Source of the DNA: an uncultured Methylomirabilota bacterium
GTDB lineage: Bacteria > Methylomirabilota > Methylomirabilia > Methylomirabilales > 2-02-FULL-66-22
Assembly (NCBI GenBank): GCA_963705305.1
Contig: OY970067.1
Coordinates: 3,040,001 to 3,104,000, forward strand
Reading direction: 5' to 3'
DNA: 64,000 nucleotides
The notes below the pieces were generated by a model. It searched no databases. It was not told where the DNA came from and saw nothing but the letters and a program-made list of their open reading frames with translations. This document shows, piece by piece, positions 52,815 to 62,573 of this stretch. Each line of letters begins with the position of its first letter. Position 1 is the first letter of the stretch. Position numbers and translations under genes: made by a program.

Positions 52815-55800
52815 GCCGCCGGCGCGCGCAGGACGCCCGCCTGGACGCCCTCCTACAAGCCAGCCACGCCGTGGCGGCGTCGCTGGACCTGGATCAAGTC
52901 CTGCGGACGATCGTCGAGGCCGCCGCCGCCATCTCCGGTGCCCCTTATGTCCGCCTATTCCTCCTGGAGGGCGAGCCTCCGATGCTGCACTGGCAGGTGG
53001 GGGTGGGCCTGCCGCCGGAGGCGGAGCCCAACCGTCCCATCCAGGCCGGGGAGAGCTTCTCGGGGCAGGTGGCAGCCAGCGGCCAGCCCCTGGCCGTGGC
53101 CGATTGCCGGCACGATCCGCGTATCCGCTTTCCCGAACATGTCGAGCGATACAGCCTCATCTCGTACCTGGGCCTGCCGGTGAAATCCATTGAGCGGGTC
53201 CTTGGGGTGTTGGTCTTCAATACCCCAGACCCTCGGGAGTACACACAAGAAGAGATTGCCTATCTGGCGGCCTTCGCGCAGCAGGCGGCGGTTGCCGTCG
53301 AAAACGCCCGCCTACACGAGGCGACGGTCGCCCGCCTGGAGCACGTCTCCATCCTGAATCGCCTCACCCGGTCCTTGATGACCTTGGACCCGGAGGCGGT
53401 GTACCAGGAAGTCATCGCGGCGGTACGGGTCCTAATGCCTGGGGCGGCCGCCCGCCTCTGGAACATCAGCGAGCAGGACCAGGGGACCCTGGAGCTCATG
53501 GCCTCCGAGGGCCTTCAGGACGAACGGGGCGGCACTGTCCAGTTCCGGCGAGGGGAGGGCCTGGCGGGCATCGCCGCCTCCACCCGGCAGGCCGTGGTCA
53601 GCCATGACCTGGCGCAGGATCCCCTCTTCGTGAACAAGGCCTGGGCCGCCCGGGAGGGGCTGGTCTCCGGCGCGCTGTTCCCGCTGGTCGCCGGCGAGCG
53701 GATTCACGGCATTCTCGCCGTCTTCGCGCGCGAGCCGCACGCGTTCAGCGACCAGGAAGTTGACGTGTTCCAGAACTTGGCGGCTCACGCGGCCCTCGCC
53801 ATCGAGAACGCCCGGCTGTTCAAGCAGGAGCAGGAGCGTCAGGAGCAGCTCGAGGCTGTCCGCGCGGTGGGCGAGGAGATCACCCGCGAGCTCGACCTTC
53901 CCCGCCTGTTGCGCCTCCTCATCGCCCGGGCGGCCGCGCTGGTCAGGGCGGCGAGCGGCACCGTATATCTGGTCGAGGGCGACCGGGTTGTCCCGGCCGC
54001 CTGGCACGGCCTGGGCGAGTGGCAGGGCGGGATTCAGCATCCGCTGGGCCAAGGCGTGGCCGGCACGGTGGCGCAAACCCGCCAGGGACTGGTGGCGAAC
54101 GACTACCGCACCTCGCGCTACGCCAATCCGATCTCGCTCCGGCACACGCAGACCACGGCCTCGCTCGGCGAGCCGCTCCTGTACCGGGACGAGGTGATCG
54201 GCGCCATTACCCTGAACCATGAGGGGGGGCGGACCTTTACCCCCGAAGATCAGGAACTGGTCCGCCTCTTCGCCACCCAGGCCGCCATCGGCATCGAGAA
54301 CGCGCGACTCTTTCAAGCGGAGCAGCAGCGCCGCCAGGAGTTGGAGGCGGTGCGGGGAGTCGCCGAAGAGATCACCCGGGAACTCGACCTCCGCCGGGTG
54401 CTCGCGCTTATCGCCCAGCGGGCGGTGGATCTGGTGGGGGGCGATGCCGACTCCCTGTGGCTGTGGGATGAGGCCACCCAGCTCCTCGTCGCCGGGGCCT
54501 GGCACGGCCACGGAGACTGGATGACCGGACGCCGGTTGCGACCTGGCGAGGGCGTGGCGGGGACGGTGGCCCTCCGGCGGGAAAGCCTCCTCATCAACGA
54601 CTACCCGGGCTCCCCCTACAGCGTGCCGGTGGTGCTGGCCAACTCCGCGATCACCGCCTGCATGGGCGCGCCCCTGATCTTCCGCGACCGGCTGCTGGGC
54701 GCACTCGTCCTCGACCGCTGGGTGGGGCGCCCCCCGTTCACCCCCGCAGACCAGCACACGCTGCGCCTCTTCGCCACCCAGGCCGCCATCGCCGTGGAGA
54801 ACGCGCGCGTCCACGACGCCGCGGTGCGCCGGACTGCAGAGCGGGAGGCCCTGCTCGCGGCCGCCCGCTCGGTGATGTCCGGCCTGGACCTGCCGAGCAT
54901 CCTGGACCGGATCGTGGAGCAGGCCCAGCAGATCTCGGGCGCGCCCCACGTCAAAGTCGTCCTCGTGGATCGGGCGGCGAATGCCCTCCGGGTCGGGGCC
55001 GCCCGCGGGTCGGGGCAGGTGCCCGGCGAGCTCATGCCCCTTGATCGGGGCGCCTCCGGCATCGTAGCCCAGACCGGCCACATCCTCTTCAGCCCCCACC
55101 ACCAGACAGATCCCCGGAACCTTTACGCGGACCGCGACCGGGAGCTCGGCCTCGTGACCTACCTCGGCCTGCCCATCAAGCGTGGGGAGGAAGTGCTCGG
55201 GGTGTTGACGTTCAACACGACCACGCCGAGGGAGTACAGCACCGAGGAGCTGACGTACCTCACGGCGTTCGCCCCCCATGCCGCCGTCGCCATCGAGAAC
55301 GCCCGCCTCTACGAGGCGGGCCAGCAGGAACTGGCCGAGCGCCGCCGGGCGGAGGCGACCCTGGTGCGGTACCGGCTCCTGGCCGAGCACGCGCGCGACA
55401 TCGTGCTCTTCGTGGAGTGGGCCACCGGGCGCATCCTGGAGGCGAACGCGGCCGCCGCGGCCGCCTACGGCTACCCCCCGGAGGAATTGCTCCGCCTCTC
55501 CATCCAGGACCTGCGGAGCCCGGAGACCCGCCCCCTCACCGCGGAGCAGATGGCCCAGGCCGACGCGGAGGGCATCCTGTTCGAGGCCGTGCACCGCCGG
55601 AAGGACGGGACCCCCTTCCCCGTGGAGGTGAGCTCGCGTGGCATGGACCTGGACGGGAGGCGCGTGCTCCTGAGCGTGATCCGTGACATCGCCGCCCGCA
55701 AGCAGGCCGAGGCGGCCCTCCAGCAGCGCACCCGGCAGCTCGAGGCGATCCGGAGTGTCAGCGAGGAGGTCACCCGGGAGCTGGACCTCGCAATCGTGCT

Positions 55801-57981
55801 CAATCTGGTTGTCGAACGGGCCGTGGCCCTCGTGGGGGCGAAATTCGGTAGCATCCGGCTCTGGGACAATCAGCGGCAAGTGCTGACCTCGGCAGCCCGG
55901 ATGGGCAGCGACCGGCACGCGCCGACGGTTCCCCTGCGGCTCGGCGAGGGGGTGGCGGGGACCGCCGCCCAGCAGCGCCGGGGCTTCGTCGTCAACGACC
56001 TCCGCGCCTCGGCGTATGCTATTCCGGCCCTTCTCCAGGGAACGGTGCACACCGCCGTGATAGCCACGCCCTTACTGTTCGGAGATCGTCTGGTGGGTAC
56101 GCTGACGATCACCCGGGACGAGACCGATCCGCCCTTCACGGACGCCGACCTCGAGGTCCTCAACCTCTTCGCCCCCCATGCCGCCGTCGCCATCGAGAAC
56201 GCCCGCCTCCATGCGGCTGCGCTCCAGCGTGGCGAAGAGCTTGGGGCGCTGCTCCGGGCCGGGCGCGTCGTCATGGACGGATTGAATCTCGATGAGACCC
56301 TGGATCGCATTATCAGGGAAGCTTCCGCGATCGCGCGTGCCCCGCATGTCAAGATCCTGCTCGCGGACACGGAAGACGGAACGCTGCGCTTAGCAGCGGT
56401 CCTCGGCCGGCCCGCTGAGATGATGGGCCAATTCGATTATGCCGGGCGGGGCAGCCTCTCGGGGGTGGTCGCGAAGACCGGACACCCGCTCTTCGTGCCC
56501 GACTGCCAGCACGATCCGAGGAATATCGCCGCTGAGCAGGATAGCTTGCTGGGGATTCAGACCTACCTCGGGTTGCCGATCAAGAGCCGGGGTGAAATTC
56601 TCGGCGTCCTGACCTTTAACACGACGGAGCCTCGGCAGTACACCCCTGGAGAAATTGAGTACCTCAGCTCGTTCGCGGATCAAGCCGCCATCGCCATCGA
56701 GAACGCCCGCCTCTACGAGGAAGTGCAGCGGCACGCCGGCGAGCTGGAGACCCGGGTGAAGGAGCGCACCGCCGAGCTGGAGGAGGCCCTCCGGGTGAAG
56801 GCCGAGTTCCTGGCGAAGGTGTCCCACGAGCTGCGGACTCCCCTGAACTTCGTCCTCGGCTTCTCCGATCTGCTCAGAGAGCAGATCGCCGGGCCGCTCA
56901 CTGACAAACAGCTGCGGTTCGTGGACCGGATCCAGTTCGGTGGGCGCCAGCTGCTGACCCTCATCAGCGATCTCCTGGAATTGTCCCAGGTCGAAACGGG
57001 CCAGGAGGAGCTGCGGCTGGAGCGATTCCTGTTGGTCCCGGTCCTCCAGGAGGTCGTGGAGGTCTACGCGGTGCAGGCGGCCCAGAAGCAGCTGCAAGTC
57101 GAGACAGAATGCCCTCAGGGTCTCAGTGTCGTGGCGGATCGCCGGCGACTGATCCAGATCCTCGGCAACCTCGTGAGCAACAGTGTGAAGTTCACCCCCG
57201 ACGGTGGCCGAATCACGGTGACGTCCCGCCAGGTGACGGAAGACCGGAGACCGGAGACCGGCGCCACCCCCGGTCATCCGTCCCCCGTCCCCGGGGTGGA
57301 GCTCGCCGTCGCGGACACCGGCATCGGAATTGCGCCAGGAGATCTCGAGCGAATCTTCCTGGGGTTCGAGCAGGCGGACGGGTCTTCCACCCGGCACTAC
57401 GAGGGGGCGGGAATCGGCCTGGCCCTCGTCCGGACCCTTGTCAATCTGCACGGCGGCCAGGTGTGGGCGGAGAGCGCGGGCCTCGGGCAGGGCTCCCGGT
57501 TCGTCGTCCAGCTCCCCGTCCTGGCCGTGCCGGCCGCCCAGCGCATCCTGGTGGTGGAGGACGAGGCGTCGGTAGCGCGGCTCCTGGCGATCTTCCTTCG
57601 CGACGCCGGCTATGCGGTGGAGGTGGCGGAAACGGGGGGGAGGCGATCGCGAAACTGGCCGCACAGCCCCCCAACCTCGTCGTTCTAGATCTGGCCCTCC
57701 CGGACATGGACGGCTGGCAAATCTTGATGACCCTCCGCGCAGGAGCGGCGACACGCGCCCTCCCCGTGGTGGTCCTCACCGGGCTCGGGGCGGACCAGGC
57801 CGAGCAGGCCGCCGCCCGGGGCGCCGACGAGTTCCTGACAAAGCCGGTCTCGCCGAGCGTGCTGGCCGGAGTGGTGAAGACGCTGTTGGCCCGGGCTAGG
57901 GAGGCCGTGCACTTGCCCCCGTTGGCGGGGACGGGGAGGGGGCAGGAGATTGCGCGAGAGGCGGAAGGGCCGGAGGAATGA
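52811..57981 (+). CDS. Soluble hybrid histidine kinase (5 GAF, PAS, 2 GAF, HisKA, HATPase_c, receiver); -1 frameshift in a G7 run at 57634-57640 splits the receiver
   Basis: Seven ENAR-terminated GAF units and SHELRTPLN. Adding one G gives AETGGEAIAKLAAQPPNLVVLDLALPDMDG..FLTKPV ending at 57981. Confidence 0.9.
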
Positions 57982-57985
57982 GAAA

Positions 57986-58972
57986 GTGACGCCGCCTGAG
58001 AGCAGGACACCTGTTGGCGTCCGGCCCAGCCGAATCGTGATCGCCGAGGACGATCCGACCACCCGGGAGCTGTTGACCACGATGGTGGAGGGGCTGGGAT
58101 ACACCGTGATCGCGGTGGAGGATGGGCAGGCTGCCCTCGAGGCCGTCGCAGCCCAGCCGCCCGATCTCGTCATCTCCGACGTGGCGATGCCGCGCATGAA
58201 CGGCATCGAGCTGTGCCGGTCCTTGAAGGGCGATCCAAGGACCTTCCTCATTCCCTTTGTCCTCATCACGGCCAGCGCGAGCGAGTCCAGGCTGGAGGGC
58301 CTGGAGGCCGGCGCGGATGAATTTCTCGGCAAGCCGGTCAACCCGCCGGAGCTGCGGGTGCGGATGCGGGCCCTCCTGCGGATGAAGGCGTTCACCGACG
58401 AGCTGGACTCGGTGGACGCGGTGCTCTGCTCGCTCGGCAAGAGCATCGAGGCCAAAGACCCGTACACGGAGGGCCACTGCGATCGGCTGGCGCGCTCCGC
58501 CGTGGCGATCGGGCGGGTGCTGGGCCTCCCGGAGGCGGACCTGACCGCGCTCCGGCGGGGCGGGTACCTGCACGACCTGGGGAAGGTCAGCGTCCCGGAA
58601 TCGATCCTGCTCAAGGCTGGGCCGTTGAGCCCACCCGAGCGGGCTGTCGTCCGGCGGCATCCGGAGATCGGCGCGGGGATCTGCGGCCCGTTACGCTCCC
58701 TCCAGGCCGTGGTGCCGATCATCCGCCACCACCACGAGCGGTGGGATGGCTCTGGCTATCCGGATGGCCTGCGGGGAGACCAGAACCCCCTCCTGGCCCG
58801 GGTCCTCCAGATGGCGGATATGTACGATGCCCTAACCACGGACCGGCCCTACCGGCGGGCCCTGCCTCCGGGCGAAGCGTTCGAGATCCTGGAAGCTGAG
58901 GAGCGAAAGGGGTGGCGCGACCCGGCCATCCTCCGTGCGGCTCGCGCCGCTTTGGACGATTCCGGAGTCTGA
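57986..58972 (+). CDS. Receiver + HD-GYP phosphodiesterase (RpfG-like)
   Basis: IVIAEDD..DVAMP receiver, KDPYTEGH, LHDLGK, HHERWDGSGYPDGL. GTG start after GGAGGA. Confidence 0.93.
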   Translation: MTPPESRTPVGVRPSRIVIAEDDPTTRELLTTMVEGLGYTVIAVEDGQAALEAVAAQPPDLVISDVAMPRMNGIELCRSLKGDPRTFLIPFVLITASASESRLEGLEAGADEFLGKPVNPPELRVRMRALLRMKAFTDELDSVDAVLCSLGKSIEAKDPYTEGHCDRLARSAVAIGRVLGLPEADLTALRRGGYLHDLGKVSVPESILLKAGPLSPPERAVVRRHPEIGAGICGPLRSLQAVVPIIRHHHERWDGSGYPDGLRGDQNPLLARVLQMADMYDALTTDRPYRRALPPGEAFEILEAEERKGWRDPAILRAARAALDDSGV

Positions 58973-58991
58973 GAGAGAATCGAGGACGACC

Positions 58992-59378
58992 GTGGTCCCA
59001 CGCATTCTGGTCGTCGAGGACAATCCGGTGAACCGAGAGTTCATGCTGGCCTTGCTCGAGGGGGAGGGGTACGAGGTCCTCACGGCGGAGACGGCGGAAG
59101 CCGCCATCACCCTGGCCCGGCAGGAGCGGCCCGCCCTCATCCTGATGGACATCCAGCTCCCGGGCAAGACCGGGTACGAGGCGACCCGACAGCTCAAGGC
59201 GGACGCGGCCACGGCCGCGATCCCGATCGTGGCGGTGACCGCTCAGGCCATGCGGGGCGAAGAGGCCAAGGCCCGGGCGGCCGGCTGCGACGCCTTCGTG
59301 GCTAAACCCGTGAACACCCAGACGCTTCGCGCCACGCTGCGGCGGTTCCTGGGGCCGCCGCCCGGCGGCGAGGCATAA
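58992..59378 (+). CDS. Single-domain response regulator (DivK-like)
   Basis: ILVVEDN, LMDIQLP, VTAQAMRG, AGCDAFVAKP. Confidence 0.9.
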   Translation: MVPRILVVEDNPVNREFMLALLEGEGYEVLTAETAEAAITLARQERPALILMDIQLPGKTGYEATRQLKADAATAAIPIVAVTAQAMRGEEAKARAAGCDAFVAKPVNTQTLRATLRRFLGPPPGGEA

Positions 59379-59444
59379 GAGAAACGGACAACAGCCCGAG
59401 AGGACCGGCGAGCCGGCCCCACAACACCCTGGGGGAGAATCCTA

Positions 59445-60386
59445 ATGGCGCACCGCATTCTGGTCGTGGATGATGAGCCCGTGAACCGGGAATTGGCGGA
59501 GGCTGTCCTTGCAGTGGCGGGCTACGAAGTCGCGCTGGCCCCGGACGGCCCGACCGCCCTGGCGCTGGCACAGGCGGATCCGCCAGACCTCGTCCTGCTC
59601 GACCTCATCATGCCCGGGATGCACGGCCAGGAGGTCTGCGAAATGCTGAAGGCCGAGCCGCGAACCGCCGACCTTCCGGTGATTGTCGTCACGGCCGTCG
59701 GCCAGGTCGCGACCAAGGAGGCTCTGCTGACCAGCGGGGCCGACGACTTCGTCACCAAGCCGTTTCAGCCTGGCGATCTCCTGGCCCGGGTCGAGGCCAT
59801 GCTGAAGGTCCGGAGCATCCGCCGGGAGCTCGACCGCACCCTGGCCTACCTCCACGAGCTGGAGCTGGCCCGTCACGCCCGGCGCGAGGCCGTCTTGGCC
59901 GACGCCACGCCCGCCGCCGCCCCGCCGCCGGCCACCCCCGCCCCGACCCGCATCCCCATCCTCCTCGTCGACGACGAGGTCCTCACCCGGGACTTCTACG
60001 GGGACCTCCTGACCGCCCACGGTTTCCAGGTCTTCCTCGCCGCTTCCGGCCCGGAGGGGCTGGCCCTGGCCTCCCGGCAGCCGGTCGAAGCGGTGATCCT
60101 GGACATCATGATGCCCGAGATGTCCGGCCTCGAGGTCCTGGAGCGGCTCCACCGCGCGCAGCCCGAACTCCCCGTCATCATGCTGACGGCCGCCCCCACC
60201 TCCCAGAACGCCATCGCGTCCCTCAAGCTGGGGGCATTCGATTTCATCGTGAAGGGGCTGGACCACAGCCTGGTGATGATGGCGGTCCACCGGGCCGTGC
60301 GGCACCGCCAGGAAGTCCTCCAGCAGCGAAGCGAGGTCGCCCGCCTGCGCGCCCGCGTGGCCGAGCTGGAGGCCGGGCGGCCCTAG
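59445..60386 (+). CDS. Tandem two-receiver protein with no output domain
   Basis: Two receivers (ILVVDDE..LDLIMP..KP and LLVDDE..LDIMMP..K) joined by a coiled-coil and Pro-rich linker. Confidence 0.9.
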   Translation: MAHRILVVDDEPVNRELAEAVLAVAGYEVALAPDGPTALALAQADPPDLVLLDLIMPGMHGQEVCEMLKAEPRTADLPVIVVTAVGQVATKEALLTSGADDFVTKPFQPGDLLARVEAMLKVRSIRRELDRTLAYLHELELARHARREAVLADATPAAAPPPATPAPTRIPILLVDDEVLTRDFYGDLLTAHGFQVFLAASGPEGLALASRQPVEAVILDIMMPEMSGLEVLERLHRAQPELPVIMLTAAPTSQNAIASLKLGAFDFIVKGLDHSLVMMAVHRAVRHRQEVLQQRSEVARLRARVAELEAGRP

Positions 60387-60410
60387 GGCCCCCGGAGAGA
60401 GCGCCCGCCC

Positions 60411-60809
60411 GTGGCGAAATGCATCCTGGTCATCGACGACGATCCCCAGACCCGCGCGCTGGTGGCGGCCCTGCTGCAGCCAGCCGGGTACACCGTCCGC
60501 GAGGCCCCCGACGGGGTGCGGGGGATCGAAGCCGCCGACGCGGCGCCGCCCGATCTCGTCCTCCTGGACGTGCAGATGCCGGGCATGGACGGGTACGAGG
60601 TCTGCCGGCAGCTCCGCCAGGCGCCCTGCACCCGGCAGGTCCCGGTGGTCATGCTCACCGCCACGGATGATGTGGCGCTGAATCGGAAAGCCTACGCGGC
60701 CGGCGCCCACGCCTGCATTCCCAAGCCCTTTCGGGGGGAAGGGTTAGTCGCCGTCATAAAGGCGGCCCTGTCCGCCGTCTCCCGGGGGCAGCCAAAGGCT
60801 TCCGCCTAA
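60411..60809 (+). CDS. Single-domain response regulator
   Basis: ILVIDDD, LDVQMPGMDG, MLTA, KPF. Confidence 0.9.
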   Translation: MAKCILVIDDDPQTRALVAALLQPAGYTVREAPDGVRGIEAADAAPPDLVLLDVQMPGMDGYEVCRQLRQAPCTRQVPVVMLTATDDVALNRKAYAAGAHACIPKPFRGEGLVAVIKAALSAVSRGQPKASA

Positions 60810-60840
60810 CCCCGGGGGACCCGATCTCCAGAGAACATAA

Positions 60841-60915
60841 AAAGGGGACGTAGTTCATGTATTTCTATTATTCGATTCGGAGCGGAAACGGAAATAGCTG
60901 AACAACGTCCCCTTT
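60841..60915. mobile_element. 75-bp miniature (REPIN/MITE-like) copy of the RAYT ends
   Basis: 25-bp arms AAAGGGGACGTAGTTCATGTATTTC and GAAATAGCTGAACAACGTCCCCTTT around a 25-bp spacer. Arms match 47864-47892 and 49073-49101. Confidence 0.85.
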
Positions 60916-61055
60916 CCATCTTTACTGTGTTTCTCCATACTCGGGAAGGCGTGTCCGTCTGGCCGACCCACCCGGCCCCACGGCCCATCTCGTCTGTTTC
61001 CTCCTTTACAGTCCGTGCATTCCTTAGATAGACTACGCCGGCACCTGGGGGAGTG

Positions 61056-62573
61056 ATGGCGGCAATGCAAAGATGGCGGTTGGGTCTCTGGGCCAAGCTG
61101 CTGGCCATGATGTTCGGGCTGCTGGTGCTCGTGCTGGCCACACTATTCATCCTGTATTGGAAGGCCGAGCAGCAGCTCATTACCCAGGTGGAGCGGCACA
61201 CAACGGATCTCAGCACCGCCATTCAGATCAGCGTCGAGCAGCTGACCTCCAAGGGCCGCACCAGCGAGGCACGGCTCCAGGACTATGTCCAGCGCCTCCA
61301 GCGCCGGGGGGTCCGCGAGATCTCGATTGTCAGCAACGAGCAGGAAGTCATCGCTTCATCCAACCCGCGCCGGGTGGGAGCTCGGGTGGATCCCCGGCGC
61401 AAAGACATCCTCATCACCGCCCGGCTGGGGGAGGAAAATCCGGGCGGGGTGAACCAGAAGACGTACAACCTGTTCGTGCCGATCGTGGTCGGCAACCAGC
61501 GCAGCGGGTATATCCTGATCAGCATGATCCTAGACGATTTCGCCGATCTGGCGCGCGTCAACTTCGTGAAGCGGCTGGTGGCGACGATTCTCGTGTTCAT
61601 GGTCGGGAGCGCGGGCGCCGTGGCGCTGGCCTGGACCTACGTTAAGCCCATCGCACAGGTGGCGGGCGTGGCCCAGCGAGTGGCCCAGGGGAACCTCGAC
61701 GAGCGGCTCCCCGTCCAGCGCCGGGACGAGATCGGCGAGCTGAACAGCAGCTTCAACGAGATGGTGGACAAGCTGCAGGAGCGCAAAGAGCTGGAAGCGC
61801 GCCTGTACCAGGCGGAGAGGCTTTCCGCCATCGCCCACCTGGCCTCGGGCATCGCGCACGAGGTGCGCAACCCCCTCAACCTGATCAACCTCACCATCGA
61901 CCATCTGCGGGCACGCTTTGTTCCCGCCGGGCCCGAGGACCAGGAGGAGTTCAACCGGCTGACCGACCACGTCAAGAAGGAGATCCACCGCCTGAACGAG
62001 ATGATCGAAAGCTTCCTGGAGTACGGGCGCCCCCTGAAGCTGCAGGCGCAGGCCGCGGACATCCGCCAACTGCTGGACGAAGTGCTGGAGGTGGCGGCCC
62101 ACAAGGCGGCGGTGGAACAGGTCCGGGTGGAGCGAGAGTACGCCGCCGACCTTCCGCTGGTCTGGCTGGATATTCCCCACATCAAGACCTGCTTTCTCAA
62201 CCTGGTATTGAATGCCTTTCAGGCCATGCCCGGCGGGGGGGTGCTGCGGGTCGCGGCGCAACAGGTCCATGAGTCGACCGGTCAAAAGGTCGATTCGAGG
62301 AGACCGGTCGACGGATTGACCACTGGGCCAATTCACAGTCCGAGCGAGTGGGTCGAGATCCGTTTTCAGGACACCGGCTCGGGGATCGCCCCCGAGAATC
62401 TGGGGCAGGTGTTTGAGCCGTACTTCACCACCAAGGAAGTTGGGATCGGCCTAGGCCTGGCGCTGACGAAGCAGATCGTGGAGGGGCACGGGGGCCGGAT
62501 CGAGCTCTCCAGCGCGCCGGGGGAGGGGACCCTGGCCCGGCTGCGACTCCCCCTCGGGGAGCCGACGACGTGA
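61056..62573 (+). CDS. Membrane sensor histidine kinase (HAMP, NtrB-type HisKA)
   Basis: Two TM segments, RDEIGELNSSFNEM, IAHEVRNPLN, NLVLNA, DTGSG, FTTK..GLGL. Confidence 0.93.
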   Translation: MAAMQRWRLGLWAKLLAMMFGLLVLVLATLFILYWKAEQQLITQVERHTTDLSTAIQISVEQLTSKGRTSEARLQDYVQRLQRRGVREISIVSNEQEVIASSNPRRVGARVDPRRKDILITARLGEENPGGVNQKTYNLFVPIVVGNQRSGYILISMILDDFADLARVNFVKRLVATILVFMVGSAGAVALAWTYVKPIAQVAGVAQRVAQGNLDERLPVQRRDEIGELNSSFNEMVDKLQERKELEARLYQAERLSAIAHLASGIAHEVRNPLNLINLTIDHLRARFVPAGPEDQEEFNRLTDHVKKEIHRLNEMIESFLEYGRPLKLQAQAADIRQLLDEVLEVAAHKAAVEQVRVEREYAADLPLVWLDIPHIKTCFLNLVLNAFQAMPGGGVLRVAAQQVHESTGQKVDSRRPVDGLTTGPIHSPSEWVEIRFQDTGSGIAPENLGQVFEPYFTTKEVGIGLGLALTKQIVEGHGGRIELSSAPGEGTLARLRLPLGEPTT

